Assembly: GCA_963666285.1 (NCBI GenBank)
Contig: OY762711.1
DNA from: Sedimentisphaerales bacterium
GTDB taxonomy: Bacteria; Planctomycetota; Phycisphaerae; Sedimentisphaerales; SM23-30
Strand: one strand, 5' to 3'
Length of the DNA stretch: 64,000 nt
The notes below the pieces were generated by a model that had not been told where the DNA came from, made no database searches, and saw only the letters and a program-made list of their open reading frames with translations. Each line of letters starts with the position of its first letter. The stretch's first letter is position 1. A program made the translations under genes and the position numbers. Below, in pieces: positions 1 to 10,296 of the stretch.

Positions 1-2077
1 TATCTGCGATCTCATCTATCAGCTTGCTCGTTGGCTTGCCGCTGCCGTGACCGGCCTTGGTCTCAATTCGGATCAGCATCGGCTCTTCACCCTTATACAC
101 ATGCTGCAATCTCGCCGCAAACTTGAACGAATGGCCCGGCACAACCCTGTCATCTGTATCAGCTGTCATCACCATCGTCGCTGGATACGCCACTTCCGGC
201 CTCAGATTATGATACGGCGAATAACTCAGCAGATATTCAAACATCTCCTTACTCTCTTTTGCACTGCCGTACTCATCCACCCAGAACCGACCCGCGGTAA
301 AATTATCAAACCGCAGCATATCCATTACACCAACCTCCGGCACCGCCGCGCCATACAGCTCAGGCCTTTGAACCATAACAGCTCCTACCAGCAGCCCGCC
401 ATTGGAACCGCCCAAAATCGCGATCTTACCGGCACTGGTATACTTCTCCTTGATCATATACTCAGCCGCCCCGATAAAATCATCAAATACATTCTGCTTC
501 TTAAACCGCTTACCGGCCTCATGCCAATCCTCGCCATACTCACCGCCGCCCCGCAGATTAACAGTTGCCACCACAAAACCATTCTCCATCAACACCTGCC
601 TGCCCAAACTATACCCCGGCTGCAGTGATATACTGAAACCACCGTAACCGTACAGCATCGTCGGGTTACTGCCGTCCCTCTTCATACCCTTCATATAAGA
701 AACAAACATCGGAACCTTTGTACCGTCCTTCGATTCAAAAAATATCTGTTCGGTCACAAACTTATCCGGATCCATCTTCGCTTTACTCTTCTCCATCAGC
801 GTAGAAGTTCCTGTCTCCATATCATACCTGAAAATTGATGGCGGTATATCATATGACGAAAAAGCATAGAACGTCTCCTTATGATATCGCCTGCCGCCGA
901 ATCCGCTGCCGGTACCAACCCCCGGCATCTTAATATCCCGTACAAACTCACCTTCCTTACTATATACCTTCACCTGAGTCGTCACATCCTTCAGATACTT
1001 GCACAAAAACTGCTCGTTTACCATATTTACGCCGTCCAGCGTCTCCTTCTCCTCCGGCACAAGCTCTATCCAGTTCTCCGGCTCCGGATGATTTACATCC
1101 ATCGCTATCACCCGCCCCATCGGTGCATCCCGGTCAGTCTGAAAATAGAATATATTATCATCATTCTCCAGCAAATAATAACTGTTCTCAAACTCACTTA
1201 CCAGGTAAGTAAACTCGCTATCCGGATTCTGCAGATCCTTATACAACACCCTGTACTTATCATCCGTCCCCACACTAATAGTAATCAGTAAATAGCGACC
1301 GTCATTTGTCTCACCCGCCCAGAAATTCCATTTCGGATTCTCCGGGTTCTCATATACCTGCCTGTCAGCCGACCGCGGCTCGCCCAGCTTATGATACATT
1401 ATCTTCTCATTCGTATTCAACGATGTAAACTTCTCGCCCTCTGCCGGCGCCGGATACTCACCATAATAAAACCCCTCTCCCTTTTGATCCCACGAAGGGC
1501 TCGTAAACTTCAGATCCTCCATCACATCCGGCAGATCCTTGCCGCTGGCAACCTCGCGTATCTTCCATGTCCGCCAGTCAGAACCGGATTCCTGGATACC
1601 ATAAGCCACATATCTGCCGTCATCACTAAACGACATCCCCGCCAGCGCTACCGTACCATCATCCGACCAGGTATTAGGATTAAATAAAACTTCCTTCTCA
1701 CCATCCAGAGATTTCATTTTATATACAATCGAATGGTTATCCATACTATGACGCACCGACTGGATATAATAGTCGCCATGCCGGCTCGGCACACCAACCT
1801 TATCATAATCCCACAGCTCGGTCAGCCGCTCTTTTATCTGCTCACGTTCCGGGATACCATCCAGGTACGCACGAGTTATCTCGTTCTGATGCTCTACCCA
1901 TTCACTCACCCGCTCGCTCTCACGCACATCTTCTTCCAGCCAGCGATACGGATCCGACACCTTTACGCCAAAATATTCATCCACCTGGTCTACCCTCTCT
2001 GCCTTCGGATATTCTATCGAAGGCGAACATGAAACACATCCAACTATCAATAATAAATATAGACTCTTCTTCAACAC
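1..2077 (-). CDS. prolyl oligopeptidase (peptidase S9A); C-terminus runs off the window start
   Basis: From my own minus-strand translation; it is absent from the ORF track because there is no stop inside the window. N-terminus VLKKSLYLLLIVGCVSC is a lipoprotein-type signal. Further motifs: DPYRWLEE, MLYGYGGFSISL, the GGSNGGLL Ser-nucleophile motif and DDRVVPGHSFKF near the end. Start is GTG 2077 or TTG 2074, preceded by AAAGGAA. The + strand ORFs at 47-2032 are antisense artefacts. Confidence 0.85.
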   Translation of the reverse strand, partial: MLKKSLYLLLIVGCVSCSPSIEYPKAERVDQVDEYFGVKVSDPYRWLEEDVRESERVSEWVEHQNEITRAYLDGIPEREQIKERLTELWDYDKVGVPSRHGDYYIQSVRHSMDNHSIVYKMKSLDGEKEVLFNPNTWSDDGTVALAGMSFSDDGRYVAYGIQESGSDWRTWKIREVASGKDLPDVMEDLKFTSPSWDQKGEGFYYGEYPAPAEGEKFTSLNTNEKIMYHKLGEPRSADRQVYENPENPKWNFWAGETNDGRYLLITISVGTDDKYRVLYKDLQNPDSEFTYLVSEFENSYYLLENDDNIFYFQTDRDAPMGRVIAMDVNHPEPENWIELVPEEKETLDGVNMVNEQFLCKYLKDVTTQVKVYSKEGEFVRDIKMPGVGTGSGFGGRRYHKETFYAFSSYDIPPSIFRYDMETGTSTLMEKSKAKMDPDKFVTEQIFFESKDGTKVPMFVSYMKGMKRDGSNPTMLYGYGGFSISLQPGYSLGRQVLMENGFVVATVNLRGGGEYGEDWHEAGKRFKKQNVFDDFIGAAEYMIKEKYTSAGKIAILGGSNGGLLVGAVMVQRPELYGAAVPEVGVMDMLRFDNFTAGRFWVDEYGSAKESKEMFEYLLSYSPYHNLRPEVAYPATMVMTADTDDRVVPGHSFKFAARLQHVYKGEEPMLIRIETKAGHGSGKPTSKLIDEIAD

Positions 2078-2150
2078 TATCCTATATTCCTTTCGAAATT
2101 ATCTCATCAATATTCAATCTCGCGTCAGCGACACAAACAACTTCTTACTT

Positions 2151-3350
2151 CTAACCTCTAACTTCTAACTTTTTGATCTCTTCATCTGTCAGATAACACG
2201 CAGGGTCCGGCTCCCACAAATCGCCGTACTTCGCTTCTGCTCTCACCCGGAAATTCCCGTTACACACATCCTGGAACCGGCATACTCCGCAGCGACCCTT
2301 CAAAAACTTCTTACGATCTTTCAGCTTCGCCATCAGTTCATCATTGGTATCGGTCCATATCTCCGAAAATTTACGCTCCCTCACATTGCCAAAAGTATAA
2401 TGTCGCCAGAACTGGTCCGCATGTACGCTGCCATCCCAGCTAACACAGCCAATACCGATACCGGTACTATTGCCGCCGTTCATCTTCAGCAGCTCCATTA
2501 CCTGCTCCGCCCGCTCGGTCTTACCTTCCGCCAGCAGCCGCAAATAAATATACGGACCGTCTGTATGGTTATCTACCGTCAGCACTTCCTTCTTCAAACC
2601 ACGATTATGCAAATCTTCTGTCCGGTCGATTATCAGGTCAACAACTTTGCGACTCTCCTCCAAGCTCAAGTCTTCCTCCATCAGCTCACTGCCGCGCCCG
2701 GCATAAACCAGGTGATAAAAACACACTCGCGGAACATCCTCCTGCTCCAGCAAATCAAATATACCCGGAACATCATGCACATTTCGCTTATTAATAGTAA
2801 ACCGTAAACCAACCTTTACACCCGCCGCCTTACAGTTTCGCATACCCGCCAACGCCTTATCATAAGCACCGGCTATCCCGCGAAACTTATCATTCGTTTC
2901 ACGCAGCCCGTCCAGGCTCACACCCACATAGCTCAAACCCAGTTCAGCAAACTGCTCGGCCTTCTCCGGCGTTATCAGTGTACCATTTGTTGAGATCACA
3001 GCACGCAATCCATTCGCCTTCGCCCTCTTTATCAGCTCCGGCAAATCCTTCCTCGTCAGCGGCTCACCGCCACTAAACAACACCACCGGCACACCAAACT
3101 CCGCCAGGTCATCCAAAAGCTTAAAACCCTCTTCGGTCGTCAGCTCATTCTCGTAATCCATATCATGCGAATGCGAATAGCAATGCACACACTTCAAATT
3201 ACAACGCCTCGTTGTATTCCAAACCACAACCGGCCGCTTATCCTTAGAAAACTGTAATAAATGGCTGGGCAGCTTGCCTGAATGGCGATTATACCTCAGT
3301 GGATCAGAGGCCTCAACGGTTCCGCAATATAATTTTGATATTCCAATCAT
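2151..3350 (-). CDS. radical SAM / SPASM-domain enzyme (AhbD/NirJ-like by N-terminal similarity from memory)
   Basis: CNLKCVHCY is a CxxxCxxC radical-SAM cluster motif. GGEPL is present. The C-terminus is Cys-rich (GRCGVCRFQDVCNGNF...PDPACY), typical of a SPASM auxiliary-cluster domain. The N-terminal ISKLYCG...LRY...LPSHLLQF string recalls heme-pathway AhbD/NirJ proteins. Confidence 0.75.
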   Translation of the reverse strand: MIGISKLYCGTVEASDPLRYNRHSGKLPSHLLQFSKDKRPVVVWNTTRRCNLKCVHCYSHSHDMDYENELTTEEGFKLLDDLAEFGVPVVLFSGGEPLTRKDLPELIKRAKANGLRAVISTNGTLITPEKAEQFAELGLSYVGVSLDGLRETNDKFRGIAGAYDKALAGMRNCKAAGVKVGLRFTINKRNVHDVPGIFDLLEQEDVPRVCFYHLVYAGRGSELMEEDLSLEESRKVVDLIIDRTEDLHNRGLKKEVLTVDNHTDGPYIYLRLLAEGKTERAEQVMELLKMNGGNSTGIGIGCVSWDGSVHADQFWRHYTFGNVRERKFSEIWTDTNDELMAKLKDRKKFLKGRCGVCRFQDVCNGNFRVRAEAKYGDLWEPDPACYLTDEEIKKLEVRG

Positions 3351-4556
3351 TGTTCTATCTTTCTGGTAACAATACTCTGATTTCTCATGGCTGGTTCTAA
3401 GTAAAGTATAGTATTATAGTAATAATTCCGCTCCGGGACTAATAATAAAACGAGCTTATCTCTATATTATTCATCCATTTGCATCATTTACCCCACTTTA
3501 ACATCTCAAATTTACTATACCTCAACAATGATCCGAAAAATCCCAATAATACAAAAGCCTGACCCTTGACTATTTCTCCAGCCGCGGCCGAACCTACGAC
3601 GGCCTGCTCTTTGTGAAAGATTAATAAATCCCAAGCCGCAACATACAAAAAAACACTATAATTACTCTAAAAACAAAATAATTATGATTACCTCAAGTGA
3701 AAATAGGTAAAATATCTCTGCTATTTTAATCTTTATCTGATAGCAAATTCTCTTATAAAATCTAATGATGTCTAACCTGTTCTGAAACCATTATTTATAT
3801 CATCTGCATGAAAATTTAACCGTTACATGTTTATCATCATTTGCAGATTTTGTCTCAATCGCTATAAGATATTTACAATTGTTTGTATGGGACAAATACA
3901 TTACCTGCGACTATTCTACCCAAACTGCTTACCCTGTATACACATATAATTCCTTGACAAAATCGGATAATAAAGTAAAATACTTTCTTGCTTCAAGAGT
4001 CGACTTTACTGGATGAAATTGATTTAATTTCTTTGTATTTCTTATTTTTATCGTTTTTGTACTACTATTAAATCTTATTGCGAATTAGTTGAGAATGTTT
4101 TTTGCAATTATCCTGGCAAAGTATGACGCGATAGAGTGATTTTATAAGGATCGGTTGAAAAGAGAATTAGACCAGGATCAAGCCTGGTCTTTAAGTCCCT
4201 GGAACGCAGGAGGCGAGGGTTTGTTTGCTTTTATCTTTCTAACTTATTCATATTAATATATGGATTATATAGGAATTTGTATTCCTGTCGTTTTTTAAAA
4301 TTGGAACCAATAGTAACATTTTTTGTAAGCATTCACAGGTGCGTTATTTGAGTCAGATTCTGTGTTTGCGGAGATTTAAAATAGTTCGCGATAAGCGAAC
4401 CTTAGCTTATTTCTTTTTACTTATATTTTATTACTGTAACCGTGTGAACGGTTACCATTTTTTTACTTGAAAGATAACCTCTTAACAGATGTTGCCTGAA
4501 TAAGTAAATTCATTTTTTAGTGTTTGAGAAGATTATCGTTTTATAGGAGTTTTCAT

Positions 4557-4817
4557 GTGGAGAAAACCAAGTATTACAATATTATTGAAGATTTTATAAT
4601 TGAGCAGTTTCTATTTGGCAGTAAAGAAGACCTTCAGAGAGATTTTTCTCTTTTGGAACAGGGAATTATTGATTCCATGGGTGTTCTGGAAATCGCCACT
4701 TACCTGGAAGATACCTTCAACATCATTATTCTCGATGATGAAGTTATACCCGAAAATCTAGACACAATAGATAATATATGTAGATTTTTGGAGACAAAGG
4801 TTAAATGTGCGGGATAG
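4557..4817 (+). CDS. acyl/aminoacyl carrier protein
   Basis: GIIDSMGVLEI contains the DSxG phosphopantetheine-attachment serine motif. The preferred start is GTG 4557, 5 nt after AGGAG (4547-4551), rather than the track's TTG 4524. The stop overlaps the next gene by 13 nt. Confidence 0.75.
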   Translation: MEKTKYYNIIEDFIIEQFLFGSKEDLQRDFSLLEQGIIDSMGVLEIATYLEDTFNIIILDDEVIPENLDTIDNICRFLETKVKCAG

Positions 4818-6772
4818 CTGGTATTTGCTGTATAAATTCTTCCGACCGGTTTGATGCTGATACAATATGCTCGATGCTGTCATCTATTCGCCATAGAGGA
4901 CCGGACGAATCAGGTATATACCTTGACAACCACGCTGCTCTGGGGCACTGCCGACTTAGCATTATTGACTTGGCCGGCGGCATCCAGCCGCTGTCCAACG
5001 AAAACGAAGACCTGTGGATAACCTATAATGGCGAGATTTTTAATTTCCCTGAATTAAAACGCTGCCTCGACAAGCATAATTTTAAAACCAGAACTGATAC
5101 TGAGGTACTCCTGCACCTTTTCGAAGACCATGGAATAGAATGTCTCGATATGCTTAACGGGCAGTTCGCCTTCGCTATCTGGAACAGCAGCAAAAAAGAA
5201 CTATTCCTGGCAAGAGATCGACTCGGAATCAGACCACTTTTTTATACTATTCAAGATAACAAAATAATTTTTGCTTCTGAAATTAAAGCTGTTTTCCAAT
5301 ATCCCAGGATCGACAGGGAACTCGACTGTATCGCACTCGATCAGATTTTCACATTCTGGACTACCCTGCCTGGCTATACAGCGTTTAAAGGTATCAGGGA
5401 ACTGCCGCCGGGCCATTACCTGCATCTTAAAAATGGTATTATCACAATTAAACAATACTGGCAAACTCCTTTATGTCGGGAAGACTCATCTGAATACTCT
5501 GATCTGAAGGAAGCATCAGAAAAGCTAAGCTGTTTAATCACCGACTCTATCAATATACGGCTGAGAGCTGATGTGCCGGTTGGCAGCTACCTCAGTGGAG
5601 GACTGGACTCTTCCGGAATAACCGCTAAAATCGTTAACAAATTTAATAACCGGTTAACTACTTTTGGCATCCGGTTTGACGATCCGGATTTCGACGAAAC
5701 GGCCTACCAGAAACATATGGTTAACCATCTCAAAACTAACCATACCGAACTGTTAGCATCAAACAATCTCATTGCGGATAACTTCGACAGGGTAATTTAC
5801 CATAGCGAAAAACCTATGACCAGAACCGCCCCCGCCCCGCTCTTCCTGCTGTCTAAAGTTGTTAGAGACTCAAACTACAAGGTGGTACTTACCGGAGAAG
5901 GGGCTGATGAATTTTTCGGCGGATATAATATATTTCGTGAGGCAAAGATAAGATACTTCTGCGCCCGCCAACCTGAGGCAACCTGGCGAACGGAGCTTTT
6001 TGGCCGCATCTATCCATATATCTTTAATAACCCAAGGATGAAAAAATCTTTACAGGCTTTTTTCACCAGGGGTATGCTCGATTTTGAAAACCCGTACTAT
6101 TCGCATTGCTTGCGATGGGCTAATACCTGCCGGATTAAATCTTTCTGGGATAAACCTTTTCAGAAATCCGTCGGACAATACGATGCTATCGGCGAACTTG
6201 ACAGCTTCTTACCTGGCGGTTTCGGTAAATGGGATATCCTTTCCAGGGCTCAATTCCTGGAAAGCAGCCTGTTCATGAGCAATTACCTGCTCTCCAGCCA
6301 GGGAGACCGGGTGGCTATGGCTCACTCACTGGAAATCCGGCTCCCATTCCTGGACTACAGACTCCTGGAGGCTCTTGCCGCTTTACCAAGACGATGGAAA
6401 ATCTCAGGCATAAAAGAAAAATTTATTCTTAGAAAAATTTTTGAAAACGATCTGCCCGCTGACATACTAAACCGCACCAAACAACCTTACAGGGCGCCCG
6501 TTATCAATGCCTTAACTGCCGATAGCAGCAGCTATTCTTCAAATATGGTCAGCGAAGATATGGTCAAAAAATCCGGCATATTTGACTATAACAAAGTATC
6601 GCTTCTGTTGAAAAAAATCAAAAACAATCGACAGCCATCTGAAATTGACAATATGGCCTTGTGCCTGATTGTGTCAACCCAGATGCTCATAGACCAGTTT
6701 ATTTGCAACCCGGTTAAAATTCCTGAACCTTATCAGGTCGATATGGTTATCGATAAAAGAAACAAAAACTGA
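4805..6772 (+). CDS. asparagine synthase-type glutamine amidotransferase (AsnB/WbpS-like)
   Basis: MCGIAG provides the N-terminal Cys nucleophile of class II glutaminases. YLSGGLDSS is a PP-loop. The protein is 655 aa. Confidence 0.85.
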   Translation: MCGIAGICCINSSDRFDADTICSMLSSIRHRGPDESGIYLDNHAALGHCRLSIIDLAGGIQPLSNENEDLWITYNGEIFNFPELKRCLDKHNFKTRTDTEVLLHLFEDHGIECLDMLNGQFAFAIWNSSKKELFLARDRLGIRPLFYTIQDNKIIFASEIKAVFQYPRIDRELDCIALDQIFTFWTTLPGYTAFKGIRELPPGHYLHLKNGIITIKQYWQTPLCREDSSEYSDLKEASEKLSCLITDSINIRLRADVPVGSYLSGGLDSSGITAKIVNKFNNRLTTFGIRFDDPDFDETAYQKHMVNHLKTNHTELLASNNLIADNFDRVIYHSEKPMTRTAPAPLFLLSKVVRDSNYKVVLTGEGADEFFGGYNIFREAKIRYFCARQPEATWRTELFGRIYPYIFNNPRMKKSLQAFFTRGMLDFENPYYSHCLRWANTCRIKSFWDKPFQKSVGQYDAIGELDSFLPGGFGKWDILSRAQFLESSLFMSNYLLSSQGDRVAMAHSLEIRLPFLDYRLLEALAALPRRWKISGIKEKFILRKIFENDLPADILNRTKQPYRAPVINALTADSSSYSSNMVSEDMVKKSGIFDYNKVSLLLKKIKNNRQPSEIDNMALCLIVSTQMLIDQFICNPVKIPEPYQVDMVIDKRNKN

Positions 6773-6797
6773 CAAGATAAATAATTATGGAATTAGT

Positions 6798-8375
6798 ATG
6801 TATGATAAATATCCAATATTAGTACATCAATGGCTCGAAAAAACTGCGTCAGAATTTCCCGACAAAACCGCACTGGTATGCGGTAAAGAAAGCATTACTT
6901 ACCGGGAACTTAATGAAAAATCTGATAATATGGCCGCAGCACTCAGACTTAATGGAATCTCTCATCAGGACAGGGTGGTTATTTTTCTCGAAAATTCTAT
7001 CGAAACAGTTATATCTCTTTACGCTGTTGCAAAGGCCGGCGCCATCTTTGTTATTGTTAACGAACAGCTCAAGGCTGCCAAGCTGGCCTATATCATCAAT
7101 AACTCACAGGCGAAATTCCTGGTCTCTTCCGGCCCCAAAATCAAGACCGTCTCTCTCGCTGTAAATGAATGCCACGGCAAACCAAAACTTATTTTCACCC
7201 GGATAAATAAGAAAGTAACCGATCAGTTCAACGATAGCCTGGCATTCGAAGAACTTACATCATCCAAACCTGATACCGCCGGAATTTCTACTGTTGTCGA
7301 AATCATTGATCAGGATCTGGCCGCTCTTATCTACACCTCCGGGTCAACTGGTGAACCAAAAGGAGTTATGTCTTCTCATCTCAATATGATTTCAGCGGCA
7401 CGAAGCATCATTCAATATACCAAACAATGCTCCGGCGATATCATCCTGAACGTATTGCCGCTGTCTTTTGACTATGGACTGTACCAGGTGATTATGAGTG
7501 TTATGTTTGGCGGCACTGTTATTCTTGAAAAATCTTTTGCCTACTTCCACCAGGTACTGTTAAAAATCAGTGAATATAAAGTCACCGGTTTCCCCATTGT
7601 GCCTACTATTGTTGCTATGATGCTAAATTTGCAGGATCTTTCCAAATACGACTTCTCCTCTCTTCGTTTTATTACCAATACCGGTGCCGCACTGCCGGTC
7701 GAACATATCAGGCGGTTCAGAAAACTCTTTCCCCGCTTGGAAATATACTCGATGTACGGCCTGACTGAATGCAAGCGGGTCAGCTATCTTCCTGTAGAAC
7801 AAATTGATATCAGACCAGATTCCGTCGGAATAGCTATGCCCAACTGCAGGGTTCTTATCGTTGACAACGATGGCAAACCGGTGAATACCGGTGAGATCGG
7901 CGAACTCATTATACAAGGTTCCAATGTTATGCCCGGCTACTGGCAGGATCCGCAACTATCAGCTAAAGTATATAAAACCGGTTACCTCAACCTGCGATAT
8001 CTCTATTCCGGAGATTTCTTCAAACAGGATAAAGATGGATATCTCTATTTCCTCGGGAGAAAAGATGATATGATAAAGACCAGGGGAGAACGAGTCAGCC
8101 CAAAGGAAATTGAAAATATTATCAGCCAATACCCGGGTGTCGCTGAAGTCGCTGTGATTGGCATACCAGAACCGATTATGAGCCAGGTTCCCAAAGCGTT
8201 TATCGTTAAAGCAAATGGATATAATCTAAACACAGATGATATACTCAAATATTCTATCGAAAATATGGAAAGGTTCATGGTGCCTGGAGCCGTTGAATTC
8301 ATAGACGCTTTACCTAAAACACCAAATGGTAAAATTGACAAAAACAAGCTTAAAGAGCAGGAACTACAAATATGA
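6798..8375 (+). CDS. AMP-forming adenylating enzyme (acyl-CoA/acyl-carrier-protein ligase family)
   Basis: ANL-superfamily core motifs are present: YTSGSTGEPKGV, YGLTE, GDFFKQDKDGYLYFLGRKDDMIKTRGERV and PKTPNGKIDK. Confidence 0.85.
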   Translation: MYDKYPILVHQWLEKTASEFPDKTALVCGKESITYRELNEKSDNMAAALRLNGISHQDRVVIFLENSIETVISLYAVAKAGAIFVIVNEQLKAAKLAYIINNSQAKFLVSSGPKIKTVSLAVNECHGKPKLIFTRINKKVTDQFNDSLAFEELTSSKPDTAGISTVVEIIDQDLAALIYTSGSTGEPKGVMSSHLNMISAARSIIQYTKQCSGDIILNVLPLSFDYGLYQVIMSVMFGGTVILEKSFAYFHQVLLKISEYKVTGFPIVPTIVAMMLNLQDLSKYDFSSLRFITNTGAALPVEHIRRFRKLFPRLEIYSMYGLTECKRVSYLPVEQIDIRPDSVGIAMPNCRVLIVDNDGKPVNTGEIGELIIQGSNVMPGYWQDPQLSAKVYKTGYLNLRYLYSGDFFKQDKDGYLYFLGRKDDMIKTRGERVSPKEIENIISQYPGVAEVAVIGIPEPIMSQVPKAFIVKANGYNLNTDDILKYSIENMERFMVPGAVEFIDALPKTPNGKIDKNKLKEQELQI

Positions 8376-9370
8376 CAAATCAAAAACCATTTAGCCCGGA
8401 CGTACTGAATATTGATTATGACCGGGAAGTTGAAAAAATCTCGGAGTATATTCGTCATTCTCTTCAGAAAGTCTTAAAGAGAAAAGGGATCGTTCTAGGC
8501 GTATCCGGTGGTATTGACAGTAGTACAACCGCGGCACTTTGTGTAAATGCTATTGGAAAGGAACGGGTATTCGGCATACTTATGCCCGAACAGGATTCAG
8601 CCGAGGAGTCCGAACAGTTCGGCAAACTGCTATGCTGCCATTTAGGAATTAAATGGTCCGAAGAAATTATCACTCCTATGTTGGAAGCTTTCGGTTGCTA
8701 CAAACGCAGAAATGATGCCATTAGAAAAGTTATCCCGGAATTCGGTAATAATTGGAAATGCAAAATCACTCTGCCCAGCGTCCTGGAAAAAGGGGCCGCT
8801 TACCGAATCTTCTCGATTGTTGTCCAGTCTCCCGACGGAAAAGAAATCAAAACCAGGCTTAACCAGGAAGCATATCTTGGAATAGTAGCGGCTACTAATT
8901 TCAAACAGAGAACACGAAAAATTATGGAATACTATAACGCTGACAGGCTTCATTATGCTGTCGCCGGAACTCCAAACCGCCTCGAATATGATCAGGGATT
9001 CTTCGTTAAAAACGGCGATGGGGCTGCTGATATCAAACCTATCGCTCACCTTTACAAAACTCAGGTTTATAAGCTCGCCGAACATCTGGGGCTGCCTCAG
9101 GAAATTGTCAAACGACCACCCACCACCGATACTTATTCGCTGCCGCAGTCTCAGGAAGAATTTTTCTTCTCGCTGCCATACGATAAAATGGACCTCTGTT
9201 TGTATGGAAAAAATAACGGGTATTCGCCACAGCAGATAGCACCTGTCGTTGAGCTCTCCGCACAACAGGTACAGTGGGTATTTGATGACATTGACCAGAA
9301 GCGAAAAACCACCAGGTATCTGCAGCTGCCGCCTTTAGTAGTTGAAAAGGTAACTGAAATTGCTGAATAA
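8372..9370 (+). CDS. NAD synthetase-like PP-loop ATP pyrophosphatase
   Basis: GVSGGIDSS is an SGGxDS PP-loop. An ATGA start/stop overlap with the ligase gene indicates translational coupling. Confidence 0.7.
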   Translation: MTNQKPFSPDVLNIDYDREVEKISEYIRHSLQKVLKRKGIVLGVSGGIDSSTTAALCVNAIGKERVFGILMPEQDSAEESEQFGKLLCCHLGIKWSEEIITPMLEAFGCYKRRNDAIRKVIPEFGNNWKCKITLPSVLEKGAAYRIFSIVVQSPDGKEIKTRLNQEAYLGIVAATNFKQRTRKIMEYYNADRLHYAVAGTPNRLEYDQGFFVKNGDGAADIKPIAHLYKTQVYKLAEHLGLPQEIVKRPPTTDTYSLPQSQEEFFFSLPYDKMDLCLYGKNNGYSPQQIAPVVELSAQQVQWVFDDIDQKRKTTRYLQLPPLVVEKVTEIAE

Positions 9371-9478
9371 TAAATTTCTGAAATTCTTCGATAATTGATA
9401 TAATAGATTTTATCGAGGGGTGCAATCTTATTGACATTTATAGTTCTAGATGCGTAAACTTCTATAGATAATACAGAT

Positions 9479-10039
9479 ATGTTAGTTCTTATCAAAAAAA
9501 TATTAAAAAAAACTTTTCACCCGACCATACTGCGCATTACCTTCTCCAATTTCATTATAAACCTGCTGCCTGATATTGAAATATGCTCGTATTTACGGGT
9601 CTGTATCGCGCGACTCCTGGGACTGACAGCCGGTTCTAATACTTCCATTAGAAAAACTGTTTACCTGGGAAACCTCAAGAATATTAAGATGGGGGCAAAA
9701 GTCAAAATAAACAGGGATGTCTTCTTTGATGCCTTCGATAAAATTACAATTGGTTCCAATGTAGGAATTGCTTTCCAGGTTTCATTTGTTACCAGCACAC
9801 ATGAAATCGGCGAAACTAAAGCTAGAGTTGGCAACATTGTCGGTAAACCTATCACTATTGAAGATGGTTGTTGGATCGGGGCTAGAGCTATTATCGGACC
9901 AGGTGTAACAATTGGCAAAAGCAGCGTAATAGCAGCCGGAGCGGTTGTTCTGCGATCAATGCCGTCAAACTCTGTTATCGCCGGCAACCCGGCCAGGGTC
10001 ATCAACCGAATAACAAACAACAACACCATCGAAGCTTAA
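9479..10039 (+). CDS. hexapeptide-repeat (left-handed beta-helix) acyl/acetyltransferase
   Basis: Imperfect hexapeptide repeats are present (IGSNVGIAFQVSF, IEDGCWIGARAIIGPGVTIGKSSVIAAGAVV). The size is typical of WcaF/LacA-like O-acetyltransferases. Confidence 0.75.
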   Translation: MLVLIKKILKKTFHPTILRITFSNFIINLLPDIEICSYLRVCIARLLGLTAGSNTSIRKTVYLGNLKNIKMGAKVKINRDVFFDAFDKITIGSNVGIAFQVSFVTSTHEIGETKARVGNIVGKPITIEDGCWIGARAIIGPGVTIGKSSVIAAGAVVLRSMPSNSVIAGNPARVINRITNNNTIEA

Positions 10040-10296
10040 ATTCTCTGGTACCGGCAAACTCTATTACAAATCACTCTATCAGCAGTTATATATCTCAACA
10101 TAAAAATTATAGGACCCTTAATTCCTTCCGAAACACTCTTGTTAATCAAAAATCTAACTTAACACACAATTAACAAGGTAATAATGGCAAAATAAAACAT
10201 TTTTTTGTAAATTTTGAATAGAGACAAATATTTCACTCTGCCTATCCTGTTTATATTGCCGAAATAATAGAGAACAAACAAATATATAACTATAAA

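Noticed and set aside
47-2032. Plus-strand ORFs at 47-628, 402-647, 881-1291, 1391-1687 and 1733-2032
   Set aside because: They have low-complexity, His/Arg/Ile/Leu/Pro-rich sequence and lie antisense to a clearly recognisable prolyl oligopeptidase reading frame.
4805-6772. AsnB homologue as a lasso-peptide cyclase (RiPP cluster)
   Set aside because: The protein keeps an intact MCGIAG glutaminase nucleophile. No precursor peptide, B-protein protease/RRE or ABC exporter lies adjacent. The neighbours are a carrier protein, a ligase and an acetyltransferase instead.
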